A DNA stretch of 60,500 nt from Octopus bimaculoides (lineage: Eukaryota): assembly GCF_001194135.2 (NCBI RefSeq), contig NC_068989.1, forward strand, positions 20,397,642 to 20,458,141. The letters run 5' to 3'. Under the pieces are notes generated by a model that saw only the letters and a list, made by a program, of their open reading frames with translations, did not search any database and had not been told where the DNA came from. Positions 24,545 through 37,823 of the stretch are shown here, one piece after another. The translations under genes and the position numbers were made by a program. Within the stretch, counting starts at the first letter, position 1; every line of letters begins with the position of its first letter.

Positions 24545-25220
24545 ATGGTGCGGTGGGTAAATTATCGCTAGTTTATATCTTTAATTTTGCGCATTGTTTG
24601 TTTTTGATTATGTTAACTACACAGTATGGTAGGGTCAGTTGGGTTCCGTCTGTGAGAAAAACAGCACCATGATACAATTGACTCTGTCAGTAATTTGAAA
24701 ACAACATGCTGCACTGCTTGGCATTCGTGCTAGAAGCTCCAATACTAATATTTCAGAGTGTTTGGGTGTCAATCTGAGGACAGTGCAGAGGCTTCAGAAA
24801 GAGCTGGATGAGTCTAATGGTGATTACGAAGGTACAGCAGCTCGGAAAACTCACTCTGATCTTTCTGGTAAGAAAAGAACTGCGACAGGAATCTGCATCA
24901 TGCCACAAAAGCAGGAGAACGCAGTCATGGCTGTCAGACAATTTTTGCGACCACATCACCCTAACATCTGGCCACCTAACTCCCCAGACTGCAACCCCTT
25001 TGATTATTATGTGAGAGACCAACAAAGATCCTTGTAACACCAAAGATGAACCGAAGGCAAGGATTATGGCAGCATCGACCAACTTAAACAAGGAGACCGT
25101 CCAGAAGAGTTGCAAGAGATTCTGAAGTTATTTGTATTTCAAGATATTCTTATGTAATTTTGGTAAATATAATTTTTAAAATGAGATGTCGGTGTTATTC
25201 TCATTTGTGGATAATTTAGA
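24545..25220 (+). mobile_element. Internally deleted DD37D (maT-like) Tc1/mariner element
   Basis: N-terminal HTH-like LGVNLRTVQRLQKELD fused to C-terminal IWPPNSPDCNPFDYYV; left TIR-like GGTGCGGTGGGTAAATTATCGC. Confidence 0.8.
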
Positions 25221-25829
25221 AAATAATATTATTCAATTGATTTTTTTTTAAAGATTATTTTTAATCGATACCTTATTTAACACTAAATTATTTAGAAGTT
25301 AGAGTATCATTTTAACATAAGACTTCGATTTGATTAGGGTTGAAATATTTTCGATTAATACTATTTAATATTTCATAATATTTCATTCTATTTCATGCGA
25401 TAAATAACTAGTCTTTATTGTTTATATTATCGTTAATGGTTTTTTAATTAAGACTTAAGCTATATAAAGTTTAATCTTTCATTCATAATAATTTTTTCAT
25501 TCATAATTTTTCATTCATAATTTTTTCATTCAAAATTTTTTCATTCATATTTCTATTTCTAATAAACCTTTTGTTCTGATTCTTACGTTTAAGTTTCAGC
25601 TTGAACGGCAACAACATTTACTTTGTTTATATCATCGTTTGAAAAAAATAAGTATTCTTGTATTTTTTTTATTATTCGATTGATTTTTAATGATAATTAA
25701 ATAAACGTTTTTTTGTCTTAAATAGTCTAGCTTTAACTATTGCATCGTTTAAATGTGTGCTAATATTATCTTTATTATTATTTTAACCTTAAACTTCGTT
25801 CAAATTGTATTTAAGACGAAAAAAATTAT

Positions 25830-26286
25830 TTAAGCTGGTTTTTGTATATAATATACCTGTTAGCATATATTATAATGGACGTAGGGTTGATTATGGAATG
25901 TTTAATATTTTTATATTTTTAATAATATATTTCTGTCTTTATACAATAAGTATTTTATATAAATTCATTTGGTATTTATAGTTGGTTGATATATACATTC
26001 ATTTATTATTTTTATTGTTGTATTTTGACCTGAAGATTAGCTATATTTTTGAAAAGAATTGATTTTCGATAGTTTTGATCGATTTTAATCGATTTAAATT
26101 CCCCATCTATTTGAAAATTAGTTATGAAACACGTGTAGTCATTTTATTATCTTTATGTTATGATATTTACTTTGTATTATATTATACTCATTTATTGTGC
26201 TTTTAATTATTAATTTTTCTATACGTGACAGTGGATTTTCATCGATGAGTTCATGAACCTTGATTCTTTTCCCTAAAACTATATAT
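25830..26286 (+). repeat. Dispersed repeat copy 1 (pLTR-like), direct repeat of 55676-56127
   Basis: Shared TATATTATAATGGACGTAGGGTTGATTATGGAATGTTTA ... TTCATCGATGAGTTCATGAACCTTG.TTCTTTTCCCTAAAACTATAT. Confidence 0.92.
26026..26141 (+). ncRNA. Type I hammerhead ribozyme with ~89-nt helix II insert
   Basis: UGAC-CUGAAGA-UUAGCUA...UAGUUAU-GAAA-CACGUG-UA-GUCA; palindromic ACACGUGU helix III; GUA triplet; U-U mismatch at 10.1/11.1. Confidence 0.72.
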
Positions 26287-26834
26287 TGATATATATTTTA
26301 CTCTGTGAAACTTAATCTAATTTTAATTTTTAATAAATTGATTTGAATTGAGGTTTTACCTGTAATTTTGGATTTTATCCTTAATATCATATATATATAT
26401 ATGTATATATATATATGGATATCGGTACCTTGTTGTACCATTCTTATGAATTTATATATATATACCCTTATAGGGCTATTTTTTGCTGGAAATTGATACA
26501 TTTGTATTAATACATTTGTATTGAAATATTTTTCATTGTTGACTTCTTCNNNNNNNNNNNNNNNNNNNNNNNNNNNNNNNNNNNNNNNNNNNNNNNNNNN
26601 NNNNNNNNNNNNNNNNNNNNNNNNNNNNNNNNNNNNNNNNNNNNNNNNNNNNNNNNNNNNNNNNNNNNNNNNNNNNNNNNNNNNNNNNNNNNNNNNNNNN
26701 NNNNNNNNNNNNNNNNNNNNNNNNNNNNNNNNNNNNNNNGTATTAAATCCTACAAAGGTCTAGCAAATTTCTTGAAATTTGTTGAACTTAAACTTCGGCC
26801 TGTGTACGATAATTTCCTTTGCATAAAAGTTATG

Positions 26835-27413
26835 TTCTTTTCATAATATACTCTAAATGGCCTCCCTGGTGCTGGAGGTACACTTGTATACGTCGCGCAA
26901 AATTGACAATCACTCAAATACATTTCGCTTTAGGGATTTCCCTGATTTAGGCTGCGATTGCTGCCTTCAGTTCACCAATCGTTTGAGGGTTGTTCTGGTA
27001 ACCATTATCCTTGACATACCCCGACAGATAAAAATCTGGGTGGGTTGAAGTCCAGTGAATGCGGTGCCCACACACCGTCACACTTCCTGCTCATCAGTCT
27101 CTCCTAAATCGCTCACTCAGCCACGCTAGGGAGTTATTTGATGCGTGGTGGGATGGCCCTGTCTTGTTGGAACCACTGTTCATCTCAATCTATTCCTCTG
27201 CGTCGTCTTAGTAGTGCCCAAAACCTCCTCAGAACTGCCACATAGCGCTCTGTATTTAGCGTTTGAGCACCGTCATTTTCGTCTTTGAACCAATATGGGC
27301 CGATGATGCCACGTTTATCGACTGCTGCCCATGCCGTGCACTTTGTTGAGTGTAACGATCTCTGAAACACTTCTTCCGGTGCGGACGTACCCCAATAAAC
27401 ATTATTTTTGCTG
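26835..27413 (-). mobile_element. Tc1/mariner (DD41D/rosa-like) transposase 3' part
   Basis: YWGTSAPEEVFQRSLHSTKCTAWAAVDKRGIIGPYWF; WFQQD; WAPHSLDFNPP; NNPQTIGELKAAI; QHQGGHLEYI. Confidence 0.88.
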
Positions 27414-28361
27414 NNNNNNNNNNNNNNNNNNNNNNNNNNNNNNNNNNNNNNNNNNNNNNNNNNNNNNNNNNNNNNNNNNNNNNNNNNNNNNNNNNNNNNN
27501 NNNNNNNNNNNNNNNNNNNNNNNNNNNNNNNNNNNNNNNNNNNNNNNNNNNNNNNNNNNNNNNNNNNNNNNNNNNNNNNNNNNNNNNNNNNNNNNNNNNN
27601 NNNNNNNNNNNNNNNNNNNNNNNNNNNNNNNNNNNNNNNNNNNNNNNNNNNNNNNNNNNNNNNNNNNNNNNNNNNNNNNNNNNNNNNNNNNNNNNNNNNN
27701 NNNNNNNNNNNNNNNNNNNNNNNNNNNNNNNNNNNNNNNNNNNNNNNNNNNNNNNNNNNNNNNNNNNNNNNNNNNNNNNNNNNNNNNNNNNNNNNNNNNN
27801 NNNNNNNNNNNNNNNNNNNNNNNNNNNNNNNNNNNNNNNNNNNNNNNNNNNNNNNNNNNNNNNNNNNNNNNNNNNNNNNNNNNNNNNNNNNNNNNNNNNN
27901 NNNNNNNNNNNNNNNNNNNNNNNNNNNNNNNNNNNNNNNNNNNNNNNNNNNNNNNNNNNNNNNNNNNNNNNNNNNNNNNNNNNNNNNNNNNNNNNNNNNN
28001 NNNNNNNNNNNNNNNNNNNNNNNNNNNNNNNNNNNNNNNNNNNNNNNNNNNNNNNNNNNNNNNNNNNNNNNNNNNNNNNNNNNNNNNNNNNNNNNNNNNN
28101 NNNNNNNNNNNNNNNNNNNNNNNNNNNNNNNNNNNNNNNNNNNNNNNNNNNNNNNNNNNNNNNNNNNNNNNNNNNNNNNNNNNNNNNNNNNNNNNNNNNN
28201 NNNNNNNNNNNNNNNNNNNNNNNNNNNNNNNNNNNNNNNNNNNNNNNNNNNNNNNNNNNNNNNNNNNNNNNNNNNNNNNNNNNNNNNNNNNNNNNNNNNN
28301 NNNNNNNNNNNNNNNNNNNNNNNNNNNNNNNNNNNNNNNNNNNNNNNNNNNNNNNNNNNNN

Positions 28362-28401
<40 letters not shown>

Positions 28402-28935
28402 TACATATATGTATACACACAGACACGCTCAGGTATATACAAAAGTGTTATGTGTATTGAATTTTTGTTCGTATGCACGAAGTTGCATATAGTGCTACTA
28501 CTCTGCGGGGACATAAAAGATTGTGTAATCGTTCTATATCTCATAATTTATTAACCTCTCGTTTTATTTCTCGATTTTGATTTTCTATTTTATTTCTTTT
28601 ATGTATAAAAGCACCAACAGGCCTGCTGTTAAAAAAAAACTTATTCTTGTTAGAATATTCATAGATGTTTTAAGAACGATGTGTAACTATTAACTGGTAG
28701 GAGAATGATCGATAAATATAAATGGAAGATGTCTGAATTGATTAATAGATAAAGAGATGCTCGAACTTGTTTATGTATTGTACGGTGTACGAGTGACTGT
28801 CGCTAAGGGTTAAAAAAATATGTGTAGGTGTATGTGCTTGGAAATACATGATTATTTATTAATGACTATCTGTACATTTATATTTGTATTTAAATATCTC
28901 TTTGTAAATGTATGTATGTATGTATGTGTGTATTC

Positions 28936-29005
<70 letters not shown>

Positions 29006-29214
29006 ATGTATATGTATATATAAGGTAATATTTATCCCCACTTAAAAGTGGATGTTGTGTTAGAACACAAAATACTGTGAACTTGTAGTGCATGTAAACA
29101 CTCATGTAAACACTCATGTAAACACTCATGTTTATATTGCTAGCGGGAAATTGCTATTGCTATTGCTATTGCCTGCAATCTGCCAGATGGTGTGATTTCG
29201 GATTTCCTTGGACT

Positions 29215-32078
29215 TCTTAATAACAGACGCCCTTAGTTAGGCATAGTAACGATTCCCCCGTCAGTCATGTACATGGAATCTCTGACTATTCAGGCACAGG
29301 TGTCGCAAGTAGCCATTGGGGATAAATAAGCCAAGCTAAATGAAATAATATAAGCAACAACCTGTGCAACCACAGAAGAAAGTAGATATTCCCACAGATC
29401 CATTCAAATAGGAGGATCAAATCTCAGACAAATTACATGGAAAACAATTATCCAGAAAAACGATAGAAAATAAAATAAAGGATCTATCAATCTTTAATGA
29501 AATTAGAAATAAAACAAAATTAAAGAACAGAAAAGAATGAAAAATACTACAGAAATATAAGATAGCGGAAGAAGATATACCTGAAATAAAAGAAGATTTA
29601 TAACAAGAATTCCTAGTTAAAGCTCGTCTTATAAAAAACGCCAAGGTTTTTTTTTTTGAACAAAACAACGAACTCCAGGCCAAATTGATTCTACGAAAAA
29701 CGTGGTAAAAATAAAATAGAAATCAATACAGTGCCAGCAGCAAGAGAAGCAGAGGAATTCTGGAAAGAATTACGGGCGGCGAAGGGACTATCCCAGAAAA
29801 GATTAATCAAACACAGGTCATGAACAACTCTAAACACCTATAAGAACAGAAGAAGTAACCCAGGTACAGTTAAAATGAAATACCTAGAAGGCTCCAGGGC
29901 ACGATAAGATTCCCAAATTTTGGCTGAAATATTTAACAGGGGCAGGCATATAAGTTGCTGACAGAAGTTCAATGAGGTGTTGGCAAAGCCAGAAACAACG
30001 CATGGTTGGCTCACAACAGAGAAATCATCTTAATCCTCATATATACCGAAACCACAAATCCACAAGGGAACACCCACAAAATGTCTCCCTACAACCTAAA
30101 ACGCCTTAACTACAATAATATCGCAGACAGTGGGCAGACATTTAGATGAATCTGTTTCTCGAAGAATAGAAGAGATGCTGCAAAAATTCATATAACTGTA
30201 AAGATCAGTTATTGATCAACAAAACCATAACTGAAGACTCCCGAAAAAAAGGAGCTAAGCGTGGCTTGGATGGACTATAAAAAGGTTTTTCATAGTATCC
30301 TCCACACATGGATCTAGAAATGCTAAACATGAACCGACAATAATAGAACATGTAAAGCATGTAATGAATAAATGTAAATAGTTCTGCAGCTACAGACAAA
30401 AGTGGGGATTATAAAAAGTAGAAGACGAATATTCCAAGGAGGCTCATTTTCTCTACTCATTTTCTGTCTGGCGATGACGCTTTAAACCTTCAAGCTTAAC
30501 TGAACTGGATGTGGATATAACTGCCCTGGCAAAACAATCAACCATCTCTTGTATGCGAATGATAGCTAGCTGAGTAATGCAAATGATAAACAAGTGGACA
30601 CATTGCTACGAATAGAACACGTATTTGCCAAAGAAATGAGTACGAGATTCGGCTTAAAAAAGGTGCCAAAGCAACTTTGAAGAGAGGAATTATAATATTA
30701 TGCTAGATAAAGACGACAAAATTAGAGAACTAGACGAAACCCAGACATATAAATACTTAGGAACCAATGAACAAGGTAGTGCATAAAATGCACAAACGAC
30801 AGAAAAGATAAGGAAGGAATATTATAGACGAATTAGATTAATACTAAAAATAACTAAATGTAAAATTAAAAAAAAACATAATAACATTAATATTTTAGCT
30901 GTCTCAGTTGTAAGTTACAGATACAATATTTTTAACTGGACGTTAAATGAACTAACCAAGAAAAGTAATGACTGCATTTAGAATACACTACACAAAATGT
31001 GACACAGAAAGGTTATATAAACAACGAAACAAAAGTGGTAGAGGCGTTTTACAACTAGAAAACTACTATAAATTATCCACCTTGGTATTACAGAAATATC
31101 TAACTCAGAAACAAAGAAAACTGGTATAAATAACCACATAGCAAAGATCTGTTTTCTGTCTTCAAGGAAGCTGAAATATAGAAGAGATCATAATATAACA
31201 AATATGAAAAATATAAAGAAAACAGCGAAGACTGTAAAGCAGCTAAAATCTAAGCAAAAGCTGGAACTACGAAAAAGTTCTGATAAAACGATGGCATGAA
31301 AAACCCTTACATGGCAAACGCTGGGAAAAGGAAAACAGTAAATAGACAAAGTTAAATCCTAATACTGTTTTAGAAGCGGAGGAATCAAAGCAGAGACAGA
31401 AAGGTTCTTTACTGCGGCACATGATGAAAGCCTCCCCACCAGAAACCCCTTAAAACATATTACTGAAGCAAGGGTACAATAAGTAACAGCAGAATATGTA
31501 TTGATGGGGAAGAAACAATAAATCTGGCTGCCCAGTCTTGGCTAAGAAGGAATATATCTTAAGACATGAGAGAGTTGGGACTTATATGCACTGGATGTTA
31601 CGCCAGCACCATGGAGCGACAACAGAAAAAGATGGTATACAATGCCTACAGATGAGGAAAACAAGGTTGGTCGCCCGGATATTGCTGTGAAGGATGAACA
31701 AGAAAAGAAGCCTTCTAATTGATAGACTAGTTCAACAGCAGATAGCAATATATGTCTAAAAGAAATACAAAGATCTGGAAATAGAGATAACCTGAATGCA
31801 GAACCTGAAGACAGAAACAATTCCTACTAAAGTAATAGGTTCTTTAAGCAAAGTAAAAAATAAAAAAACATACAAACAAGTACTTAACCAAAACACCAGA
31901 TCTTAGGAATATATATAACACAAAAAATAACACCACTCACATTCTACGTAGAGTACTTTCAATTCGGTAAAAATAACATAACCAAAACAAACCACCGCAT
32001 ATACCCAAGGCGCACAGAACTGCGCTCGATAATGCACTGAAAACACGTACTAAAACTAAGACTACTGAACAATAAGAA
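29215..32078 (+). mobile_element. Near-complete but heavily decayed R4/Dong-type RLE retrotransposon
   Basis: AWMDYKKVFHSILHTW; RIFQGGSFSLLIFCLAMT; INHLLYANDS (YMDD); ETERFFTAAHDESLPTR; RPDIAVKD; 3' UTR shared with 11700-11790. Confidence 0.9.
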
Positions 32079-32084
32079 TAATTC

Positions 32085-32295
32085 TTTCTGCTATAGGTAT
32101 AAGGCCTGAAATTTTGTGGGTAAGGGGATAACCACTTGTACCGGCCCCAATACTCTACTGGTACTTATTTGATCGACCCAAAAAGCTAGAAAGCAAAGTA
32201 GATCTCGACGTAATTTGAACTCTGGATGTTAAACCAGATGAAATACCGTAAAGCATTTTGTCCGGAGTGCTAACGATTCTGCTAGCGCGCCGTTT
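32085..32295 (-). mobile_element. tRNA-derived SINE (family of 16372)
   Basis: AAAGTAGATCTCGACGTAATTTGAACTC and TGCTAACGATTCTGCTAGC are reverse complements of the family head. Confidence 0.75.
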
Positions 32296-32926
32296 TAAGA
32301 AACGAGTAAATAATAGTGTATCAGAATGTGTGTCAAAATACATATGTATTAGAGGTGTGTGCATATAATATATACTGCTAAAAAAAAAAGGCTTTGGAGT
32401 AGCAGTGAAAATTGACGTTTGGATTTTGGTGAATATTATTATTAATTAAGGCTATATTCTCTATGGATTTAATTATTCAGACATAACCTTTGAGCTAACG
32501 CGTGGCTCATGTTAAGTATATAAATACAACATAATGATAATGATATTTGGTATTTTCTAAATTCCGCCAGTTTTTTATGACATATTTTTAGTTGTTCTTG
32601 CTATATTGTCAAATAATTTTGCCATTATTAGAGACATGGCATTTCTGTTACTATCGTTATGCGTTGGACAATCTTTTATTTGTCTGCTTGGGTATCTTTT
32701 TAATGTGGTGACGTTTGTTAGTTGAATGTTTATAATGAAGCATTGAATGTTAAGAAGGGGAAGAAAATGACATATTTAAAAATTTTTGATATAAACGTTT
32801 TCATGTCACTATTTCTCTTTCGCTCTTTCTCTCTCTCACACACACACACACACACATACACACACACACACATATATATATNNNNNNNNNNCTCTTTCTC
32901 TCTCTCACACACACACACACACACAT

Positions 32927-32959
<33 letters not shown>

Positions 32960-35079
32960 CATGGATGCCTCATCTTCCTGTATCTTTAAACACCTGCCAT
33001 CAACCGTTCAACTGTGATGTCAAACCCTCAGTGAGCTATGCTCGCTCTGCTTTATAAAACGACTACAACACGACAAAGAAAACCTTGAATTGGTGTTATC
33101 AATTGAAAATGGCAGTATAATGCTAAACTTCGACAAAAATGCTAAAATGCTGGAAGAAATGCGAGACAAAATAATGCAAGTTACGTTACTTAGAAAAGAA
33201 ATATATAAATGAAATCTTTATTCATAGATTTGAATCAGCATCGAAAAACATCTAAATTGTTGATTCTTTCAATATTTCCAGCTCTGCTACTTTGTTACTG
33301 AGTCAGATATGTGGCCATTGTGGTAATTTTATTTACTGTTACTTCAGGCAAATATTAACATTTGCAACAATTCTCGTGTTGCTTCACACCTTATTTGACA
33401 GAAACCAGCTTCAAATACAAGATATTGCACCTTATTTCTTTATTTTACTGCAACCCGTCCCCCAACACATTTATGCTACTGAATGATTTTTTTTGTCCTT
33501 GACCTTTTTAATTGAATAATATAAATAAAAATGAGATCAAATGCTATAACATCTCTAAAGAATTTTCTTCGGATAGCATCATTATGCTATCCGAAGAAAA
33601 TATTTCTATCCAAGCTTTTCCCGTATTAGTAATGCAGGTCTATTTAAGCAAATGAATAGTATTATAGTATTATACTGTAATCCAACACATACAACCTTAT
33701 CATTTATATGCCTTGATTTCAAAAGAGGAATTGTTCAGATCTTTATACGCCTCAAAATATTTTCTCCCCAAAAAATCCACTTGATGTCCTCGAATATGCT
33801 AAAATGTTTCGTTAATCGTTATTTAAATTGTTTGCAAACGCAGAGAAATTTATTTCTAGATGTTTTCTTTACACCTTTCATTTATTAGTGGCTATGATTT
33901 TTTTCCTGAGTATTATTTTTGTAATATTTTCTCTCAGATCTACATCCCAAATTAGGATTATGACCCGAAAATCCTTTAATATTAGCATTAAAATGAAGAG
34001 AATCTATTATTCTATATGACAGTACTAAGATATTTGCAATCAAATAAAGAAGATATGTAAATTACTTCTTTTGACCTGAAATTTAATTAAAAACGTTTAT
34101 TAATTTCCTGCTTGAAAACTCGATGTAAAAATAACAAAAACAAATCTTAATCGTATAATCCCATTTTCTTTCATCTGTCAATTATGCAGCGGAACACTTA
34201 TCTCTCATACGCCAAAGTTTTAAATGCATTTGCAGTTCAAGCTTTTGGTTCAAAATTCTAACCTCAACAGGTTCGGACGATGGCCAGTTAAAAAAAAAGT
34301 CCTTTTACTTTAGTACTTGTTTTTGCGTTAATGCTACTTCTCTGTAGTTACTTCACCTGGTCAATACCCTCTTCGAGAAGAATACATTGGGTTATGATCA
34401 TCGCTGCAATGCCTTTGATCATTACCGTGGTGTATCAAAGCTGACCTACAGCTAAGAACAGTAAATTCGACAACAAAAACGGTGGCAGCAGCAACAGAAG
34501 CAACATCAGTAACAAGACCAGTACGCGGTCTACCACAGAAGCAAAAGTTCCTTCAACAAATGTTATACTTGCAGTCACTTATCCGGGAACAATTTTCCGT
34601 TAAACATTTTCAAGGGAAATTGCAGCAGAAAAAATACTGAAATAAGTTATAAATGTTTATTAGAAAGATCCAAATTAAAGAAAAATTGTGAAATATCTTA
34701 CATCAAGACACTTACTCAGTACCTGAAATAAATAGTGAAACAGATTTAAATGATGGAAAGTTATGCATAAGTTGCATAAATTGGTGGTGGTGGTGATGGT
34801 GGTGGTAGAGCTTGTTGGTAAATTTCAGATATACGTTTTGTCTGCAAATATCCGTGTAAATACTGAAGAAGTTTGTCTTAAAAATGCTAATAAATGAAAC
34901 GATAAAAATAATAGCGAATTTTAAACTAGAGTTGAAAGTTAACCATTCGTGTTAGAAGAAGTAAACCTATGTATCTTATCTGCCTTATGTCAGTTATTAC
35001 AAATCCAATAATGTCATTATAATGTCACTATGAAGAAAATAGTGTCACTATAATGTCACTATGAAGTAAATTCGTCTTC

Positions 35080-35690
35080 TCCACCTACTATTCCTACGAG
35101 CGTTGTGGGGGTAGAGACCTCAAATTCTTTCTTCGTGGGGTCGTATGAGAAGCAACTGTCATTACACTTTCCGGATGGATTCCCAAGCGTAACCAACTTA
35201 GATTAAGGATACTAACGAATCATCTCATTCTCAGTCTACCAACAGATTTCCCTCCGGTGGCTCAGCTTGAAAGACCCATCTTGCGATTCTTTCCTGAGAC
35301 ATTCTAATCACATGTCATTAGTATCGGAACTGTAACTTCTAAAGGCGGAGGACTAGCAGCTCGACTTTGAGAGACTCCCTGATCTCCAAGCTATGCACTC
35401 TCTCAAATAACGTTACTCCATTCGGCTCTTTATATTTGCGATCGTACCCTTTCGGTCATTACCAAGTATTCATGACCATATATGAAAACTGAATTGAAGA
35501 TAGCAAGTTTGGCTTTTTACCAACATCTCTTCTGAGGGTCGAATGCTGGATTGGCACATTACTGTGCCAGCAGCTGTAATTCAAGCATCTAATCCTGCTT
35601 CCTGCTTTCTATCACTCGAAAAGATTAAAACTTCTGTCTGAGATACAGTGATGATTACCAGTGCACTGGGAAAACTTCTCCAGAGGACCA
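35080..35690 (-). mobile_element. RTE-clade LINE 3' fragment
   Basis: Minus frames give SSDRKQEAGLDA*I, YGHEYLVMTER and RW..GI-like segments typical of RTE ORF C-termini. Confidence 0.6.
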
Positions 35691-35739
35691 AAAAAGCAAA
35701 TCACACACAAAAAAACAAATTTCCGTATGAATATCCACT

Positions 35740-36275
35740 GTAATAAAAATTAATGAAAATATGTTGGCTGTGCCTGTACGGACTCATATGACAGACCAAC
35801 AACATCAGCAATGTCGCTGATTGTCCTCCAATGATCTTCATGCACAAACTGATGAATTTTCTCCACATTTCCGGGCGTGACGCTCGTGGTAAGTCTTTCA
35901 GATCGCCCATCGTCTCTCAGAGAAGTTCCTCCGCGTTTGAAGCACCCGAACCACTCGAAACTTTGCGCACGATCCATTGCCGCATCTTCGAAAGTTTGCC
36001 GAAGCATGCTCAGTGTCTCAGTTGTAGACTTCCTAAGTTTAACGCAAAATTTCACTGGCTTTTTGTTCCAACTTCCTGTTCAAGGTAAAATCGCAGACTA
36101 CAGCATACACGTGATCGCAAAACCATAAGTATCACAACTTGCGAAGTAAACAGCAATGTCACTCGGCATACGGTCTCATGAAGGTCACTGCTAGCTTTCA
36201 CTGCGCAAGCAACCGTGTGCTGCTGTCTGTTGGCGCGCTACAGTACTAATCTGGGAATCTTTTAATACCACCTCG
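35740..36275 (-). mobile_element. 5' half of a mariner element
   Basis: MKFCVKLRKSTTETLSMLRQTFEDAAMDRAQSFEWFGCFKRGGTSLRDDGRSERLTT (HTH_48-like); TIR TA-CGAGGTGGTATTAAAAGATTCCCAGATTAGT. Confidence 0.9.
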
Positions 36276-36788
36276 TATATATACATCATTGACTATTAAC
36301 ATAGACACCAATTTTGCGATACTATAGAGAAGTGTGTCTCTGTAGTCTGTACTGATATTGCTAGCAAATTGCAAAATGATTATGTAATGAATTTTCTTCC
36401 ATCCAACTCAGCAGGTTTGTGGATCTGTTGGAGCCTATTATATACTATAAAGAAAATGATGAATGGATGCGAAATAATAACTTATGAATAATCTACGAAT
36501 TCTCAGCTTCGCATTCCAGTGGAAGATAAAATTGTTTCTGATCTTACTTAGATAGTTTTTACCGTTTAGAATGAAATAAGTTTTAGCTCATCCATATCGT
36601 TGAGAAACTTCAATAACTTTCTAATCTCATTAAGGAATAAACGATATAGACCTCAAGTTGGGAGAAGACAAAAATAATTTACAGAAACTGCTTAATAATT
36701 TCCTAGACAGATCTACTGATTTACAGAAGCAGAAATCCTGCTTCGACTTCCCTATAAATCCGTTCATGTTTACCCATTTATCCGAGTT

Positions 36789-37035
36789 TGTGGAAGCGCG
36801 TGGCTTGGTGATTAGGGCATTGCACTCCTGATCGTAAGACATTGGTTTCAATTCCTGGACCGGGCGACACTTTGTGTCCTTGAGCAAAACACTTCATTTC
36901 ACGTTGTTCCAGTCTAGTCATCTGGCAAAATGAGTAATCTTTTGACGGACCAGCATCCCATCCAGGTTGAGAATTTATACGTCATAGAAACCGCGAAACC
37001 GGCCCTTATGAGTCAGCATGACTGGAAAAGGTAAC
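36789..37035 (+). mobile_element. tRNA-derived SINE, third family (V-domain-like)
   Basis: GGAAGCGCGTGGCTTGGTGATTAGGG head, TTTCAATTCC B box, GTGTCCTTGAGCAAAACACTTCATTTCAC. Confidence 0.75.
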
Positions 37036-37502
37036 ATTGTAAAACAAATGATTTCTCCGAGCTTCTGGTTTCAGATATTCAACTGAAGACCCACAATTCG
37101 TAGTCTCCAACAGAGGTATAGAAACAAATTCCAGAAATAAGGTATTTTCATTGGTGTACGACTCGTCTTAACATTCAGCACAATGTATTGTTGTACATCA
37201 TTGCGCTCTGTACTGGAGTTTGTTAAGGCAAAGCCTCTTGAAATATTTGCGAATAAACACCTGACTGGATAAATTCAAACGGACATGACAATATATATGC
37301 CTAATTTTCCATGACTCCCAACCAAGATGGAGACCCAAAAGGTCTAAACTTGAAGTACATTGTGCCCTAGTGGTATTCGATTAAGATATTTTTAATTATA
37401 TGTGGTTGCTTTCTTTTTCCACATTTCCATTGAGTTTTGACAAGATATAAGAGAACTAAATATCAGTAAATGTAAGTTTTTACTCTTTTTAGTGCCAGTA
37501 TA

Positions 37503-37650
37503 TACGCAGGCGCCGCTATGTGGTTAAGAAGCTTGCTATGTGGTCATAGGTTGAGTCCCACGGCGTTTACTATTATAGTACCGGTTCACCAAAGCCTTTT
37601 GAATGACTTTGGTAGACGGAAACTGAAAGAAGCATATCGTATAAACATGT
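37503..37650 (+). mobile_element. 5' part of a SINE (family of 4116)
   Basis: CGCAGGCGCCGCTATGTGGTTAAGAAGCTTGC...GGTAGACGGAAACTGAAAGAAGC. Confidence 0.8.
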
Positions 37651-37726
37651 ATATATATATANNNNNNNNNNNNNNNNNNNNNNNNNNNNNNNNNNNNNNN
37701 NNNNNNNNNNNNNNNNNNNNNNNNNN

Positions 37727-37823
37727 ATACAATCGACAAACAACAGCCAGTAAACATTCAATCATATCTATTCATTAATTAATTACTGGCTAATGTTTAC
37801 TGGCTGATGTTTGTCGATTGTAT
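37727..37823. repeat. Inverted repeat, 32-bp arms with one mismatch, 33-nt spacer
   Basis: ATACAATCGACAAACAACAGCCAGTAAACATT versus the reverse complement of AATGTTTACTGGCTGATGTTTGTCGATTGTAT. Confidence 0.9.

Larger units (their letters stand above)
25140..26530 (-). mobile_element. Penelope-like element fragment (GIY-YIG remnant, pLTR, then ORF start)
   Basis: Minus 26400-26510 reads KIFQYKCIN...YKGIYI*IHKNGTTRYR (GIY-YIG-like). The central 25830-26286 segment is repeated at 55676-56127 and contains an HHR. AT-rich ORF-like remnant continues to ~25140. Confidence 0.5.

Noticed and set aside
28795-28812. piggyBac-like end GTCGCTAAGGG-TTAA
   Set aside because: No matching opposite terminus found.
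29090-29172. Short tandem repeats (CATGTAAACACT)x3 and (ATTGCT)n
   Set aside because: Simple slippage repeats; no spacers, so not CRISPR-like.
33292-34600. Short ORFs and AG/GT sites in the least repetitive stretch
   Set aside because: No recognisable domain or consistent exon chain; RNA-seq would be needed.
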